From contig NC_068984.1 in NCBI RefSeq assembly GCF_001194135.2, positions 10,345,665 to 10,378,936 of the forward strand: a stretch of 33,272 nt of DNA. Reading direction: 5' to 3'. The DNA comes from Octopus bimaculoides (Eukaryota). This document shows, piece after piece, positions 10,361 through 22,915 of the stretch. The notes under the pieces were generated by a model that was not told the DNA's origin, did not search any database, and worked only from the letters and a program-made list of their open reading frames with translations. The stretch's first letter is position 1, and each line of letters opens with the position of its first letter. A program made the translations under genes and the position numbers.

Positions 10361-10617
10361 ATTTGATTTTAGAATGGTATACAAAGAGAACTCTTACATA
10401 ATTATTTATGAATTGATTACAGAATTATAACTACAAAGAAACGCATAAACAATTAATATTTTTTATGATTAAGAGATAAGAGAAAAACTATCTTAAAAAA
10501 ACCACCACTACGAAACATGGCGGTAGATATGACGTAGATATGACGTAGATATGACGTGTATGTATCGTATAACTGGTGACACAACACAAAGACGATCTGT
10601 CGTGTTCTACACTCGCT

Positions 10618-10890
10618 TTCTTCTTTTATTCTTTTACTTGTTTCAGTCAGTTGACTGCGGCCATGCTGGAGCACCGCTTTTAGCCGAACAAATCGACCCC
10701 AAGACGTAGTCTTTGTAATTCTAGTACTTATTCTATCAGTGTCTTTTGCCAAACCGCTAGGTTACGAGTACACAAACACACCAACATCGGTTGTCAAGCG
10801 ATGGTAGGGGAAACAAACACAGACACACAAAACACACACNNNNNNNNNNCGGTTGTCAAGCGATGGTAGGGGAAACAAACACAGACACAC

Positions 10891-10933
<43 letters not shown>

Positions 10934-11130
10934 TCGGCGGGCTTCTTTCAGTTTCTGTCTACCAAATCCACTCACAAGGATGAGGCAATAGTAGAAGACA
11001 CTTTCCCAAGGTGCCATGCAGTGGGACTTAACCCAGAATTATGTGGTTGGGAAGCAAGCTTCTAACCACGTAGCTCCTCTTGCGCCTATAGAGCCACTCC
11101 TGCGCCTATAGAGCCACTCCTGCGCCTATG
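10618..11130 (-). mobile_element. tRNA-head SINE (family C) with an internal (CA)n tract
   Basis: The head (11080 leftwards) matches 25334-25467. The body matches 31270-31535 in opposite orientation (TTGACAACCG, CCAGCATGGCCGCAGTC..TGACTGAAA). Confidence 0.8.
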
Positions 11131-11375
11131 TTCTGCGTATCATTTTTGATTTTTTAAAATTACTATTTCTTCGAGGTGAAATTCATTAAAAGTGTAATTT
11201 AATTACAGTTGATTATCATTTCCTTTACTAAGAATGGTTCAAGTGTTATTAATTCAAACATAATGGTTTCTGATTTTTAAGATAATTAGTTTTTCAAAGA
11301 CAAAAAAGAAAAAAAAATTGCTTTACGCACGTCTGTGTAATTCTGTTTTACATCTATGTAATGCAACATATGTGA

Positions 11376-11377
<2 letters not shown>

Positions 11378-11468
<91 letters not shown>
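11378..11468. repeat. (TG)n microsatellite
   Basis: Read directly. Confidence 0.98.
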
Positions 11469-11470
<2 letters not shown>

Positions 11471-11571
11471 TAAAAGCGTGTGGAGTTTATTTCTGCAATG
11501 TGTACATGTGAATGTTGTATGTGCATTCATGCGCGTGTACCTGCGTACGTATGGCTTTTGGTGGTTATACA

Positions 11572-11720
11572 CAGAGGTGGGCTCCGTTAATCGAAAAATT
11601 AACTTCGCTAATCGTTAATCCGTTAACCAAAAAGTTAACTTCGTTAATCGTTAATCCATTAATTATTCGAAAATGTAACGGAAGTTAACGTTAATCCGTT
11701 AGCGTTAATTTTTATTGAAA
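11572..11720 (+). mobile_element. Possible hAT-like DNA transposon end with subterminal GTTAA arrays
   Basis: Starts CAGAGGTGGG. TTAACTTCG(C/T)TAATCGTTAATCC occurs twice, plus an inverted TAACGGAAGTTAA. No partner TIR found. Confidence 0.35.
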
Positions 11721-11734
11721 AAAGGCATAACTAC

Positions 11735-12320
11735 AGTTTAATACCCCACCGACTTCGTTGCCTCATAACCTCCAGAAAAATGGATACTTTTTAACAAAAC
11801 TTTCACCAAATAATCACTTATAACCTATAGATTGAGTGTATGTAAAGATTTGTTGTAAAAAATTTTCTGAGGGGTTGGAGAGAGGAGTTTCGGAAAATTC
11901 ACAGTACCCGACATTTTCCCTCTTATAACGTTCTGGAAAAGAGGTATTTTTTAATGAAATTTTACACAAATACCTTTCAAACGGGGTAGATTACGATTAT
12001 AAATTTCTTTGTAGGCAGCGTTTTTGGAAGGGGCAGTAGGGAGTAGTTTCTCGAGAACAGAGTTGCGGATCAGACGGCCNNNNNNNNNNNNTGAGAGGAA
12101 CATTTTCGGTTTTAAAAATTTGTTAATAATTTCAGAGGAAAATGTGTGATTTAAGGGAGATCTGTCTGTTGTTTCTAGCGCATCCCCAAACCTCCCTCTT
12201 CGTTTTTCTCTCACTTACACAAGCATTGATATTTTTCAGTATTTTTCTCCCCATAAACAAACCTTATGAAATGATGATGTCAAAGTAACACACGTGTAGT
12301 CCCAACCGAGCGAGGCCTTC
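11735..12320. mobile_element. Unclassified non-autonomous repeat (possibly Helentron/HINE-like)
   Basis: Diverged internal direct repeats (CATAACCTCCAGAAAAATGG.. versus TATAACGTTCTGGAAAAGAGG..) and a terminal CCGAGCGAGG motif. Class assignment is weak. Confidence 0.2.
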
Positions 12321-13989
12321 TTATGTGTGTGTGCAAGAAAAAATTCACCTAAAATCATATTTAGTGTTCATATTAATCAATCAAATGTAATGCTTATTAG
12401 TTCACGTTATTTTGAATTATTCAGGTTCAAGAGGGGTGTCCACAATATTTACTTGTAACTTAGTAAATTTTTTACATGCAGATTTGAAACTTTATCAGTG
12501 AGTACTTTATATACCACCGGCTTATAGTTATGCAATTTTATCTAATCTTGATGAGTAAATTTAATTAACAGGTGTAAAAGCAATAACATTATGAATAAAC
12601 ACTAAAATTGAAATTCCTAATGCATCTTACTTGTTTGATTTGTTACTAAAATTATCCCAGATGGCAACCGACAAAAATTTTGCCACTTTTCAAGATGAGA
12701 TACATTAAATTGAATTAATTAAAATACAGGTATAATCGGTACGAGATTTTATTCTTTCGGTAAGTATTTCGGACCTCGGTGTTGAATAATACTTTTTCCA
12801 CAGTCTTTTTTGGGTGCATTTAACGTATCTGACCTCCAAACCCGCCACAAACCACTTTTATCCGGAACAGAAAGGTGGTACTGGTGGTGGGGACCTCGAA
12901 GTTTCCCACCAAGGGAGTTTTGTGTCGTGGGTATGTTTTTCTTTTCCAGGTTATTTTGCATGCTTTCAACGAATGTGACATAGAAATCACGTGTAAACGG
13001 CACCTTTTTCCAGGAAAGGAAAGATTTGGCTGCTATTTCTAGCATGTCCTGCTACCACATAACAGCTGTTTCGGTTCTCACCGAAATATTTACTAACATT
13101 TTCCTTCCATTTATTTTTTACACTTTATGGAAGTCAATATTTTCTCTGTTGACATCCACTTCAGCCAGTTCACGGATCAAGTGGAAACACATCAATCACT
13201 GTTCCCTCTTGACAGAACAAAGAAATTTCCCGCTGCCTTTGCAAGCAACAAGCGGGTGGATTTGGTTTCAAATCCAGGCAGGGCTAAACAAGGTCCTACA
13301 AATTATTTATAGTATATATATTTTATATATATTATAGTACCCTATAGTAACCTGTATTACCCTATAGTGACCTGTAGTACTATATAGTGCAGTACATAAC
13401 TCTAATTCACACCACATTAGACTAAACTACATTCCACCACTATACTGTAGTATACTGTAATACGCCACGTTGCCATACTCGAAACTTCTCGAACTCCTTC
13501 AGTTCAATGCAATGTGAGATGCAATAAGATACCGCCATTATTGGCAAATTTCTACCGTTTTATTGATTGTCGACATTCAGTGCCAAAAGCTGTACCAATT
13601 CTCGAAAAATATTCCTGTTTCCAGCTTGCAGACTGGATTAATGAAATAGATTTCCCAGTTAACTTACTGTTGCCAATTTGATTACTAGAATCTTCATTGG
13701 ACAAACTCAAGTGATGGTTTTCAAAAAGCCAGATATTGATCTTCGAATACATCTGGTTCTGGTTTTTCTTTCTTTCTTTTTTTTTTTGCTTTTTGTTGGC
13801 GGTGTTTTTTTTTGTTTTTTTTTTTCTAAATTTTATTTTCTTATTTCCTGTTTTGGGTAAAACATATTTAAATGATCCGATATGGTTTGGTGAAAAATAT
13901 CAACTCTATCAACTTTTATTGCCGTTCATCCTTTGACACTGGCTTCACACATTATGCCTTGATATTTACACACAAGCACACATACATAG

Positions 13990-13993
13990 TTAT

Positions 13994-14027
<34 letters not shown>

Positions 14028-14152
14028 CCATANNNNNNNNNNNNNNNNNNNNNNNNNNNNNNNNNNNNNNNNNNNNNNNNNNNNNNNNNNNNNNNNNNNN
14101 NNNNNNNNNNNNNNNNNNNNNNNNNNNNNNNNNNNNNNNNNNNNNNNNNNNN

Positions 14153-14207
<55 letters not shown>

Positions 14208-14836
14208 GCATATACATATACATACATGAATGTATGCACACACGCGCATATAAATATATACATATTTATATACATACATGCATAGTTGTATACAAACGCA
14301 CGCATACATATATGTGTGTGCGTGCGTGCGTGTGCCTGCGTGTGCGTGCGCGTGTGCGCGTGCGTGTGCGTGCGTGCGTGCGTGTGCGTGCGTGTGCGTG
14401 CGTGTGCGTGCTTGTGTGTGTGTATGTGAGTGTGTGTGTGTCTGCATATGCATACATACATACATACATACATGCATACATATATATCTGTCTAAATGCA
14501 CATATTTATGTATATACATACACACGCGCTCGTGCACACTCACATACGCACACATTGGCAGATACACACACCCACAAACGCATGCACACACATCCACGCA
14601 CGGACGCACGCATGCACACACGCACACAGACACACTCTCGCTCACTCTCTCTCACAAACACACACTCTCTCTCACACACACACACTCTCTCTCACACACA
14701 CACACTCTCTCTCACACACACACACTCTCTCTCACACACACACACTCTCTNNNNNNNNNNNNNNNNNNNNNNNNNNNNNNNNNNNNNNNNNNNNNNNNNN
14801 NNNNNNNNNNNNNNNNNNNNNNNNNNNNNNNNNNNN

Positions 14837-14899
<63 letters not shown>

Positions 14900-14905
14900 A
14901 CACAA
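13990..14905. repeat. Large compound microsatellite field (CA, TA, TACA, TGCG, CT/CA) with two gaps
   Basis: Read directly. Confidence 0.97.
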
Positions 14906-14999
14906 ACAGCCGTATGTTTGGCGCGAGAGACTCTTCATTGATTTTGCCATGAATACTATCTTCACCGTTAATGCCACAACTCGCCAACTTGAAAAATAA

Positions 15000-17230
15000 C
15001 TGGTTATTCTTTTGATGGCATTCAAGAAATCTTTTATTCAAGATGGTAGTCTCAAACTTCAAGTCACCATGCAAGAGATTTGCAACAATCAACATGGCTG
15101 TAGACGACTACATCGACAATACCAGAAAAAACAACATAGATAAAAATTACACAGAATCTAGTTGATTGTCGTTACAGAAGAAACTGAAAACTATCAAGAA
15201 AACATTTTCTTTTTGGAGTTGTAAACTCAATGATTACTTTTTTTGTTGCATCTCGGGAGGGTCATTATGCCAATAATAGATACACGAACTGTCTGTTTCA
15301 CTTCTTTGTTATCTATTTGTCAATTGGTTTGCTATTTAACCAATTATTGTGTTGAGTGAAGTTTTGCAATATTTTGATGACTTATTTGTGTTATTCGTCA
15401 ATTCACAACAAAAGTAGCCTGGCACTCAATGTAGAAGCCATCGTGTTGCACTGTCCGGAGTTACCTTTCCGCCAGTTCTTTGATCCAACGCTGTCTTGGA
15501 GGCGAAGAACTCCTTCACTGAATCTTCCACCTGATGAAACGTCGCGGTCCAGTACAAGTGAAAATCCGCGGGAGATATCTTTCCGAAACCCTTATGTGTA
15601 TAAGCTCTGGTTAATCAAACATATCGATTGCTTGATTAACCTTCGAGTTCTCATCAAAAATCTTGCAAACTAATTTCGAAAATGAAATGATTTATTTGAA
15701 TGATATGAAATGACAAAGAACCCCTTATGTTGACTGAATAGAATGAAAATATACTGGGGCCAACATCTGCTGCCAGAGGGGAATCCGACCCTAGAAGAAA
15801 ATAACTGACTAAAAGATATTTAACAAGTTCAATGGAAACCAATCAGCAATATACAAAATATAAGGTTAAAAAATATGGTAAAGGTAGCGCCTGTACTTTA
15901 CTGTCATAAGTTCTAAAACTCATGAGGTCGGTCACTTTGTTTCCATGGAGTATAAGTAATCGAGATTACTCTCAGAATGAGACACGAGTCCGACGCAGAG
16001 TGACTCATTAACAGCTGAGTGGATCAGCGTGAAATGAAATATTTTACAGCGCATCACCAGGTCAGGGAATCGAGACCACGATCTTGTAATCACGAGTGCA
16101 ACACTCCTAACCAATAAGCTCCGCGTGCCTTTACTGCATAATATAAAGAGACAGACAACAAAAGTCACAGAGGCTTCAAGAATAAAGGGATTAATTCCGG
16201 AGAAAAATGTGGGGCGAGAATAAGGAGTTTGACCCGGATACAGTGTGCTTAAATGGAAATTTGAAGGAAGCAATGATTCTGCGTTACACCAGAAGCTAAT
16301 AAATAAATGTGTGAATAAACAAATCAATAAATAAACAAAATAAATACAAGAGTAAACAAAATCTCAATGGTTCTAGTTACTGAAGAAATTGAAACCATGA
16401 AGTAGATTGTTTTGGAGTTGCAAACTAAATAATGACTTGTTTGATATAAAATGACGAATGTGATTCCTCTGCTGGTTGAATGGAATGAAAATATGTTGGG
16501 AAAAACTTCCGTTGAAGCTAGATATTTTTTTAGTCAGCAAAAGATTTATACCAAAAAGCAAAATCGTTCGGACACAAGAAGTTGATAGATGATTGTAATA
16601 TTATTCTCAAACAAATTATTTAATTCGCTTTCGTATTTGCTTTGCAAGATTCTTGATGTGAATTCGTGTGTTAAAACAAATTTTATTGTGTCTTAGGAGA
16701 GTTATAATAACACACACAGGTTCAATTCCACTTCTTTATTGTTAGTCAATTGGTTAAATATCTAACCAGTGAACTAATCGATCGTTTTCTTTTTTTATGC
16801 GCTGATTAAACAATCAAACTATTGTTTGTTAGTCTTTTGTCGCTGTTCGCGACATTTTCGGTGACTTAGTGACTTCTTCTATGCTTACAACAACGATGGT
16901 GGTCCATATCATTCTAGATTCTGATAATGTTACCTCGTAACAGGGTTGGCCAGCAAGAACATGATGTCAGAGACTTCAGCAGCTACCACGATCCGTAATG
17001 GAAGTACGAAGAAAAATATTAACAATCGAATATATTTTGAATGGTATGTTTCAAGAAAAGTTTTTTTTTTCAAATTCTGTCGCAGGACAGACCGTAGTTG
17101 AATGGTATTGATAAGAGACTCATTGAATTGATGCTGAGATGTTAACAGTGATTAGCAACACCGTAGAAGCATTTTTACAACAGAATAAAGCCTTGTTATT
17201 CTAGAAAATATACGCCTATTTATAATATCT
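15000..17230. mobile_element. Mosaic of highly decayed Penelope-like RT fragments in both orientations
   Basis: Mutually similar segments: 15210/16410, 15255-15345/16695-16775, 15705-15760/16443-16500, and 15634-15665 inverted versus 16620-16650. Remnant motifs R(P)II..TNS, NW...*PI and SSHQKSCK resemble the PLE RT and thumb. Confidence 0.35.
16000..16131 (-). mobile_element. tRNA-head SINE 5' fragment (family B-like)
   Basis: Minus strand GCGGAGCTTATTGGTTAGGAGTGTTGCACTCGTGATTACAAGATCGTGGTCTCGATTCC, with A- and B-box-like elements. Confidence 0.65.
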
Positions 17231-17694
17231 CTCAAAAACTTCTAAAGATACTGAAGAAGTAAAAACTGAACAATAAAAAAGAAAGTATCATAAGAAAATA
17301 CTGTTTGAAAAATTGATAAAAGATCGTTGACCTACAGAAGACTGTTACGTGGAAATACTTATCGCATGTAAACAAATTCAAAAGCACTCTTCATCAACAA
17401 AAAGGGGAAAATAAAGTAGAAACTGTGTTTAGCTAAGATAGTAAAAGGAAAATACTTGAGTATAAATTAATGGCTCTTAAACAAGAGTTCAAAGGTAACC
17501 AATCTCCGGATATTAGGGAGACAGTAAAAAAAAAAAAGAGAAAAAAAGCTCACAGAATTTTTTTCTCTAGAAGATACAGACGGATTGCTTCTGGAGAAAA
17601 ATGTGGAGTGAGAAAATGGAGTCTGATTAGGATGCAATGGGACTAGAAAAAGTCCGAAAGAATCATTGTGCCTGCATTGCACCAACAGCTTATC

Positions 17695-17910
17695 CATTTC
17701 TACTCTAGGCACAAGGCCCGAAATTTTTTGGGGAGGGGGTCCAGTCGATTGATTGACCCCCAGTATGTAACTGGTATTTAATTTATTGACTCCGAAAGGA
17801 TGAAAGGCGAAGTCGACCTCGGCAGAATTTGAACTCAGAACGTAAAGACAGACGAAATACCGCCTAGCATTTCGCCCGGCGTGCCAACGTTTCTGCCAGA
17901 TCGCCGCCTT
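17695..17910 (-). mobile_element. Family A SINE, full length, reverse orientation
   Basis: Reverse-complement match to 8166-8370 (tail) and 5805-5965 (head and core). Confidence 0.92.
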
Positions 17911-18214
17911 AGATCAAAGTTAATATCGTTGAGGCTGTGATAGAAAAACTCCGGGAGAGAAAAGCTCTAGGAAGAGACATGATTGTCGGATATTGGTAAA
18001 AAAAAAAGAACTGTAATTTCTCAATTGGTATATAAATATACCAAGTCGGCAGGCAGTGTGGAAACGAGTTTGATGCCAAAAAAAAAAAAAAAAAGCCACA
18101 CACAAGGCGAAAGACCACTGGCAAACTGCGTGCCAGAAATTAATATATGAAATAGATATAATCTGTGATAATATCATTACTATCTTAGAATCACTATAAT
18201 AGTAATAATATCAT

Positions 18215-18560
18215 CATGGAGAATAAATTCCTGGAAAGAAAGGAGTTTGAGGATCTGCTGAGTAATTTCAGAGATACGACAACATCGAAGGAATATGGCT
18301 ACAGTCTGGTTGAATTACAAGAAAGAATAGGATTATGTCCTGAGTATGTTCTGTCCACTCCTGGATATCGAGGCTTTTTGACTTCGAATTGCTAATATTC
18401 CAGACAATCTGGCTTTCTCACGTGTCACCATCTTGAAGTCGGACAGTATCACAGGAGTGGATTTCAACAGACATACTTCTTTTTATCCCTTTTATTGGGG
18501 GATATTTGAAAGGTGTGAAGTTTTCTCACAGAAACTAATTCAATGCATGGTTTCTTTGTC
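18215..18560 (+). mobile_element. RLE-clade (R4-like) RT core fragment, decayed
   Basis: RRNMATVWLNYKKE*DY ~ WIDYKKAYD; HSWI ~ PHSWI; WGIFERCEVFSQ ~ RGIFQGDSLSP. Confidence 0.6.
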
Positions 18561-18821
18561 GACAACCTGAAAATATATGAAAAATAAGCATGAATGGCAT
18601 CAAGAATATTGACCTGGTTGTAAAAATTTCAAAAGGACTAGTTTCACAGGGATAAATGTGCAATAAATTAATTATACATCTACAATGTACAAAATATTTT
18701 AACAATCATTTTATACAATTTTTAATAGTATGAGTGTATGAAGTGTCTTGACTCAAACAAGTAACTTTTGCTACTTTCTTAGTAACCAATTTGAATTCTG
18801 AGTAGAGAAAACACTAAAATA

Positions 18822-19285
18822 TGAGGTGGTATCAAAAAGTTTCTGGACTTGTTCTGTAGCACGCCAACAGATGGCAGCACACGGTTACGTGCACTGTGAG
18901 AGCTATCAGTGACCTTCATGAGGCTGTGTACCGAGTGACATCGCTGTGCTTACTTCGCAAGTTGTGAAATTTATGTATTTGTGATCCCATGTATGCCGTA
19001 GTCTGCGATTTTGTCGTGGACAAGAACAAAGAGCCAACTTGAAATTTTGCGTTAAACTTGGGAAGTCTGCTACATTGAGCATGCTTCGGCAAGCTTACGT
19101 CAATGAGGCAAAGGGTCGTACGCAATGTTTCAAGAGGCACAGGCGCTTCAAAAGCGGAAGAACTTCTCTGGAAGACGATCACCGATCATGTAGGTCACTG
19201 ATAGCTCTCACAATGTACATAACCGTGTGCTGCCATCTGTTGGCGTGCTACAGAACAAGTCCAGACACTTTTTGATACTCCCTCG
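18822..19285 (+). mobile_element. Mariner-derived MITE / internal-deletion derivative with ~100-bp inverted arms
   Basis: Arms 18822-18921 and 19186-19285 are near-perfect inverted repeats, with TA at the left end and CA at the right. The interior encodes a mariner N-terminus (EQRANLKFCVKLGKSAT..LSMLRQAY..FKSGRTSLEDDHRS). Confidence 0.9.
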
Positions 19286-19523
19286 CATTTGCGTTAAACT
19301 TGAGAAGTCTGCTACATTGAGCATGCTTCGGCAATTATACGAAATGTTAATTATTCCAATAATGAGACATACACATATAACAATAATGAGACATACACAC
19401 ATAACATATATGTAAGCATGACTGTCAAGTTGAAATCTAAATTCCAATAAAAGAAGTTTTTTCTAGGTTAGAATCTGTTCTTTTCTCTATTGTGAACATG
19501 TCTGCATGCATGCAAACACATAT

Positions 19524-19640
<117 letters not shown>

Positions 19641-20747
19641 TGCATACACACATGCATACCACTTATATGAAAGAAATATACTGTATTATGGGAATGTACT
19701 TCAGAATGCAGTTAAGATTAAAGATTTCATGCGATTATTTCCATATAAGTATTTAAATATTACACACACACACACACACACACACATATGTATGTATGTA
19801 TGTATGTATGCATGTATGTATATACTGTGGCATATATACAGAAACGAATAAACACTGTATCAATCATACTTTCTATGAGTTACACGGTAACTAAGTATCC
19901 ACATTCAAAAACTATTGTGAAATTGATATAATCCTAAGAAAAGAAATCTCAAGCTGTGAATCATTTTAAATTTAATCACAGCAAGCATTTGCCAATCATT
20001 GTCAATTTAAGATGTAAAAATAACCAGTAAATGGACCAAGTAATCTCGACTAAAAGTTTGTCTCTTTTATGCAAACAGTGATTATAAGCACAGCACAGTT
20101 TGGAGTTACCACGCCAGAAAGTTCTATGCAAAATATAAAATGTCCGTGGAATGTTAAATTTTAAGTATTAGACTTCGCCTTAAAAACACACCTTAACGAA
20201 CAGGTGAAATGGATTATAAAATGCAAACTTGTTCATATAACTGAACCGTTTGAACCAACACAGATTAACAATCTTGTAAACAATATATTGATACAATTGC
20301 ATCACGAAAGCCATATTAGTCATTCAAGAACACACAAAACACGTTAACTTCATATGTACTGTTATTATTTGGTATTAAAATTTTCCTGGCACCAAATATG
20401 ACCTGGTCACCAATATGATTCCATGGGAACTGGTTTGAGACAAAGTTGTGGGCTTCAGGGTTATAAATATTATTTTTTTTCATTTATATAGGTCAGTCGT
20501 TCTACTTGTCATTGTCTAGTGCTCACAGTTGGTCAGTTAACTTGGTATTTGGTTGTAATTCACATTCTGTTCCTTCCTGCTTTCAGCGTTGGTTCTTTTG
20601 GCAATGGATAGTATAGCACATCATTAATTAATGATCTCAAAGAAGAAAATCTACCAGTCTGTGACCACAGAGCAAAGACAATGAACAAAGACAGCGCGAA
20701 AAGACAAACTGCCTGCATATCAAAGCACTTGACGTACATCTCCGAAT

Positions 20748-22033
20748 GCGAGAGATTAAAGATTTACCCTGACCCACTTCAGATTATTGCAGGGAATGGA
20801 ACTTGTACAGGTATAATTATACATGTATCTACATTTCCCATTATAAATTGCAGCTTTCCACTAGAATTTGTTTGTCTTTTACGGCTGTTGAAGTGGACTG
20901 AGGTGTTATAATGAAGGCAATTGAATTCAGATCAGTAATCAGATTCTTATACTTGAAAGATTGTACATCAAAAGAGACTTTCGATGAGATGAAAGAAGTT
21001 TATGGTGACGATGCACCATCCTACGACGTAGTCAAGCTCTGGCATCGCCAGTTTCAATGTGGTTGGGCATCAGTGGAAATTGCTCCTATTCCTGGACGAC
21101 CACATTTCACCATTGATGACGACACCATCCATAAAGTGGAAGCCGCCAGTTTGTAGGATCACGACATAACTATTCAGTAACTAGCCCAAGAAGTGAAGAT
21201 AAGTGTAGGGTCTGTGGAAAAAATTCACGACCATTTACGCATGCAGAAAGTGTCTGTATGATGGATTCCTCGGATGCTTACACATTTTCAGAAGCAGGAT
21301 CGAGTCAATTGATCCCAGGCTCTTTTGGCAATGTACCAAGAAAACGAGGAGGACTTTTTCAGCAGACTTATCATACAGAATGAAGCATGAGCCCATCACT
21401 ATGATCCTGAGACTAAAGTCCAGCCGAAGCAATGGTAGCATGATAACTCACCACCTCCAAAGAAGGCTCCTGTCCAACCCTTAGCAGGCAAGGTGATGCT
21501 CACAGTCTCTTGGGACCAGCACGGAGTAGTGATGAGGAATTTTCTGGCAAAAGGCACCACAACTAACGGAGCATATTATGCTTCCCTGCTGCAGAAATTG
21601 CGGGTCGCCATCAAAGCAGAGAGGCGTGGCATGCTGACCAAAGGAGTCCGCCTCCTCCAAGACAATACTCCCAGTTCACAATGCGCACGTTGCCCAATGA
21701 AAGCACTCCCCTGCAGCTATGAAATCCTTCCTCAGTCAGCTTACTGTCCCGATCTCGCACCACCTGACTTTCACCTCTTTCCAACCATGAAGTCGTTTTT
21801 GAAGGGGAGGCACTTTTCGGATGATGATGAACTTATTTCCGAGGTAAAGTCTTGGCTTCAGACGCAACCTACCGACTTCTACAGACGAGGTCTTCACAGC
21901 CGCATAAAGCGATGGGAGATGTGTGTCACCATTGGTGGCGGCTATCCAGAGAAGGATTAATAATTATGCCAAGTTTTGTCTATCCCAGTTTTGGGAAGTG
22001 GGCCACAGGAAATCTTTAATGAATACGCCTCGT
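20748..22033 (+). mobile_element. Mariner (Tc1/mariner) DNA transposon, near full length, inactive
   Basis: Left end ATTAAAGATTTACCCTGACCCACT matches the reverse complement of the right end AGTGGGCCACAGGAAATCTTTAAT(GAATACGCCTCGT); encloses the transposase pseudogene. Confidence 0.85.
20911..21960 (+). pseudogene. Mariner D,D34D transposase pseudogene
   Basis: N-terminal HTH region (RSVIRFL..KEVYGDDAPSY..W..F..G..SVE..PIPGRP), WIPRML (WVPREL-like), QNEA*AHHY (first Asp lost), LLQDN and YCPDLAPPDFHLF. Several stops and at least one frameshift. Confidence 0.93.
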
Positions 22034-22915
22034 TTATTAATACAATCTACAATAACCGCAACATCAATGCCAACAGCGTTGAACAGTAAGAGAAGTAAAA
22101 ATAGAGCTAGTTGCAGGTGTCAACAAAATTTGTTTTCGCATGGCCGACAATAGTTCATCTAAAACTCAATGCGTGGCTAAGCTAACTGTTAAATACCGAA
22201 ATCTCTTTAAAATACTACAAGCGATTTAAAATGATCTCTGTTTCAGCAAGTACAAAATTTTGACCTGAAAGACAGGCCATTGAAACCAAATACATAAATC
22301 CGTTCCGACTAAAATTAGAGGTAGTAAATGAATTAGTAGGACATTAACTAAATTCTAATCAGTCAAGGAATACAAAAGCAACACGATGCTCTAAATCTAA
22401 TGAGACCCGAACAAAGCGTCTACTATATCAAAAACGATCGCGCTACGATTGCACTAAGGCGTTTCTCCAAATTGAAATGCCTGAGAATTTAAATTTCGAT
22501 ACTCTGAGTCACATATTTTCAAGGAAAATCTGAGAAGTGAAAATGGCAACCATTTAAAGAAATATTCAGAAAATGTGAACTAACACGTTTATATGCAGAA
22601 CGCGTCGGAGTGTGTTATTACAGAGCTAATTTTTAACATATATGTTTAAATATCGCAAGCTAGTACAATCATAAAAGTATGAACTAAATTAACCGAGAAC
22701 CCCTTACAATTCCAGAATCCCAACATTAGAACACGAACATATACACAACCATATCTACAAATATGTAGTTACTCAATCAATCAGATAATATTACAAACAT
22801 AACGAACTGAGAAATAAAATTAATCAATCCTGGAGTTCCCCGTTCAGCTGCCTAACGGATATCAACATGATTTCAGCACCAATTGATAAGATCACTTATA
22901 TATATATATATACAT

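Noticed and set aside
10523-10555. 11-bp unit GTAGATATGAC x3 (TGACGT half-sites); similar small tandems at ~13335-13390 and ~19358-19408
   Set aside because: Ordinary local slippage duplications; no spacers, so not CRISPR-like.
10788-10900. ~52-bp direct repeat around a 10-N gap
   Set aside because: It is an identical overlap of contig ends across the gap, so most likely an assembly artefact; the same pattern occurs at 9883-9892.
15609-15641. 10-bp perfect hairpin GGTTAATCAA/TTGATTAACC
   Set aside because: It is AT-rich, isolated and lies inside a probable RT coding remnant; no evidence of function.
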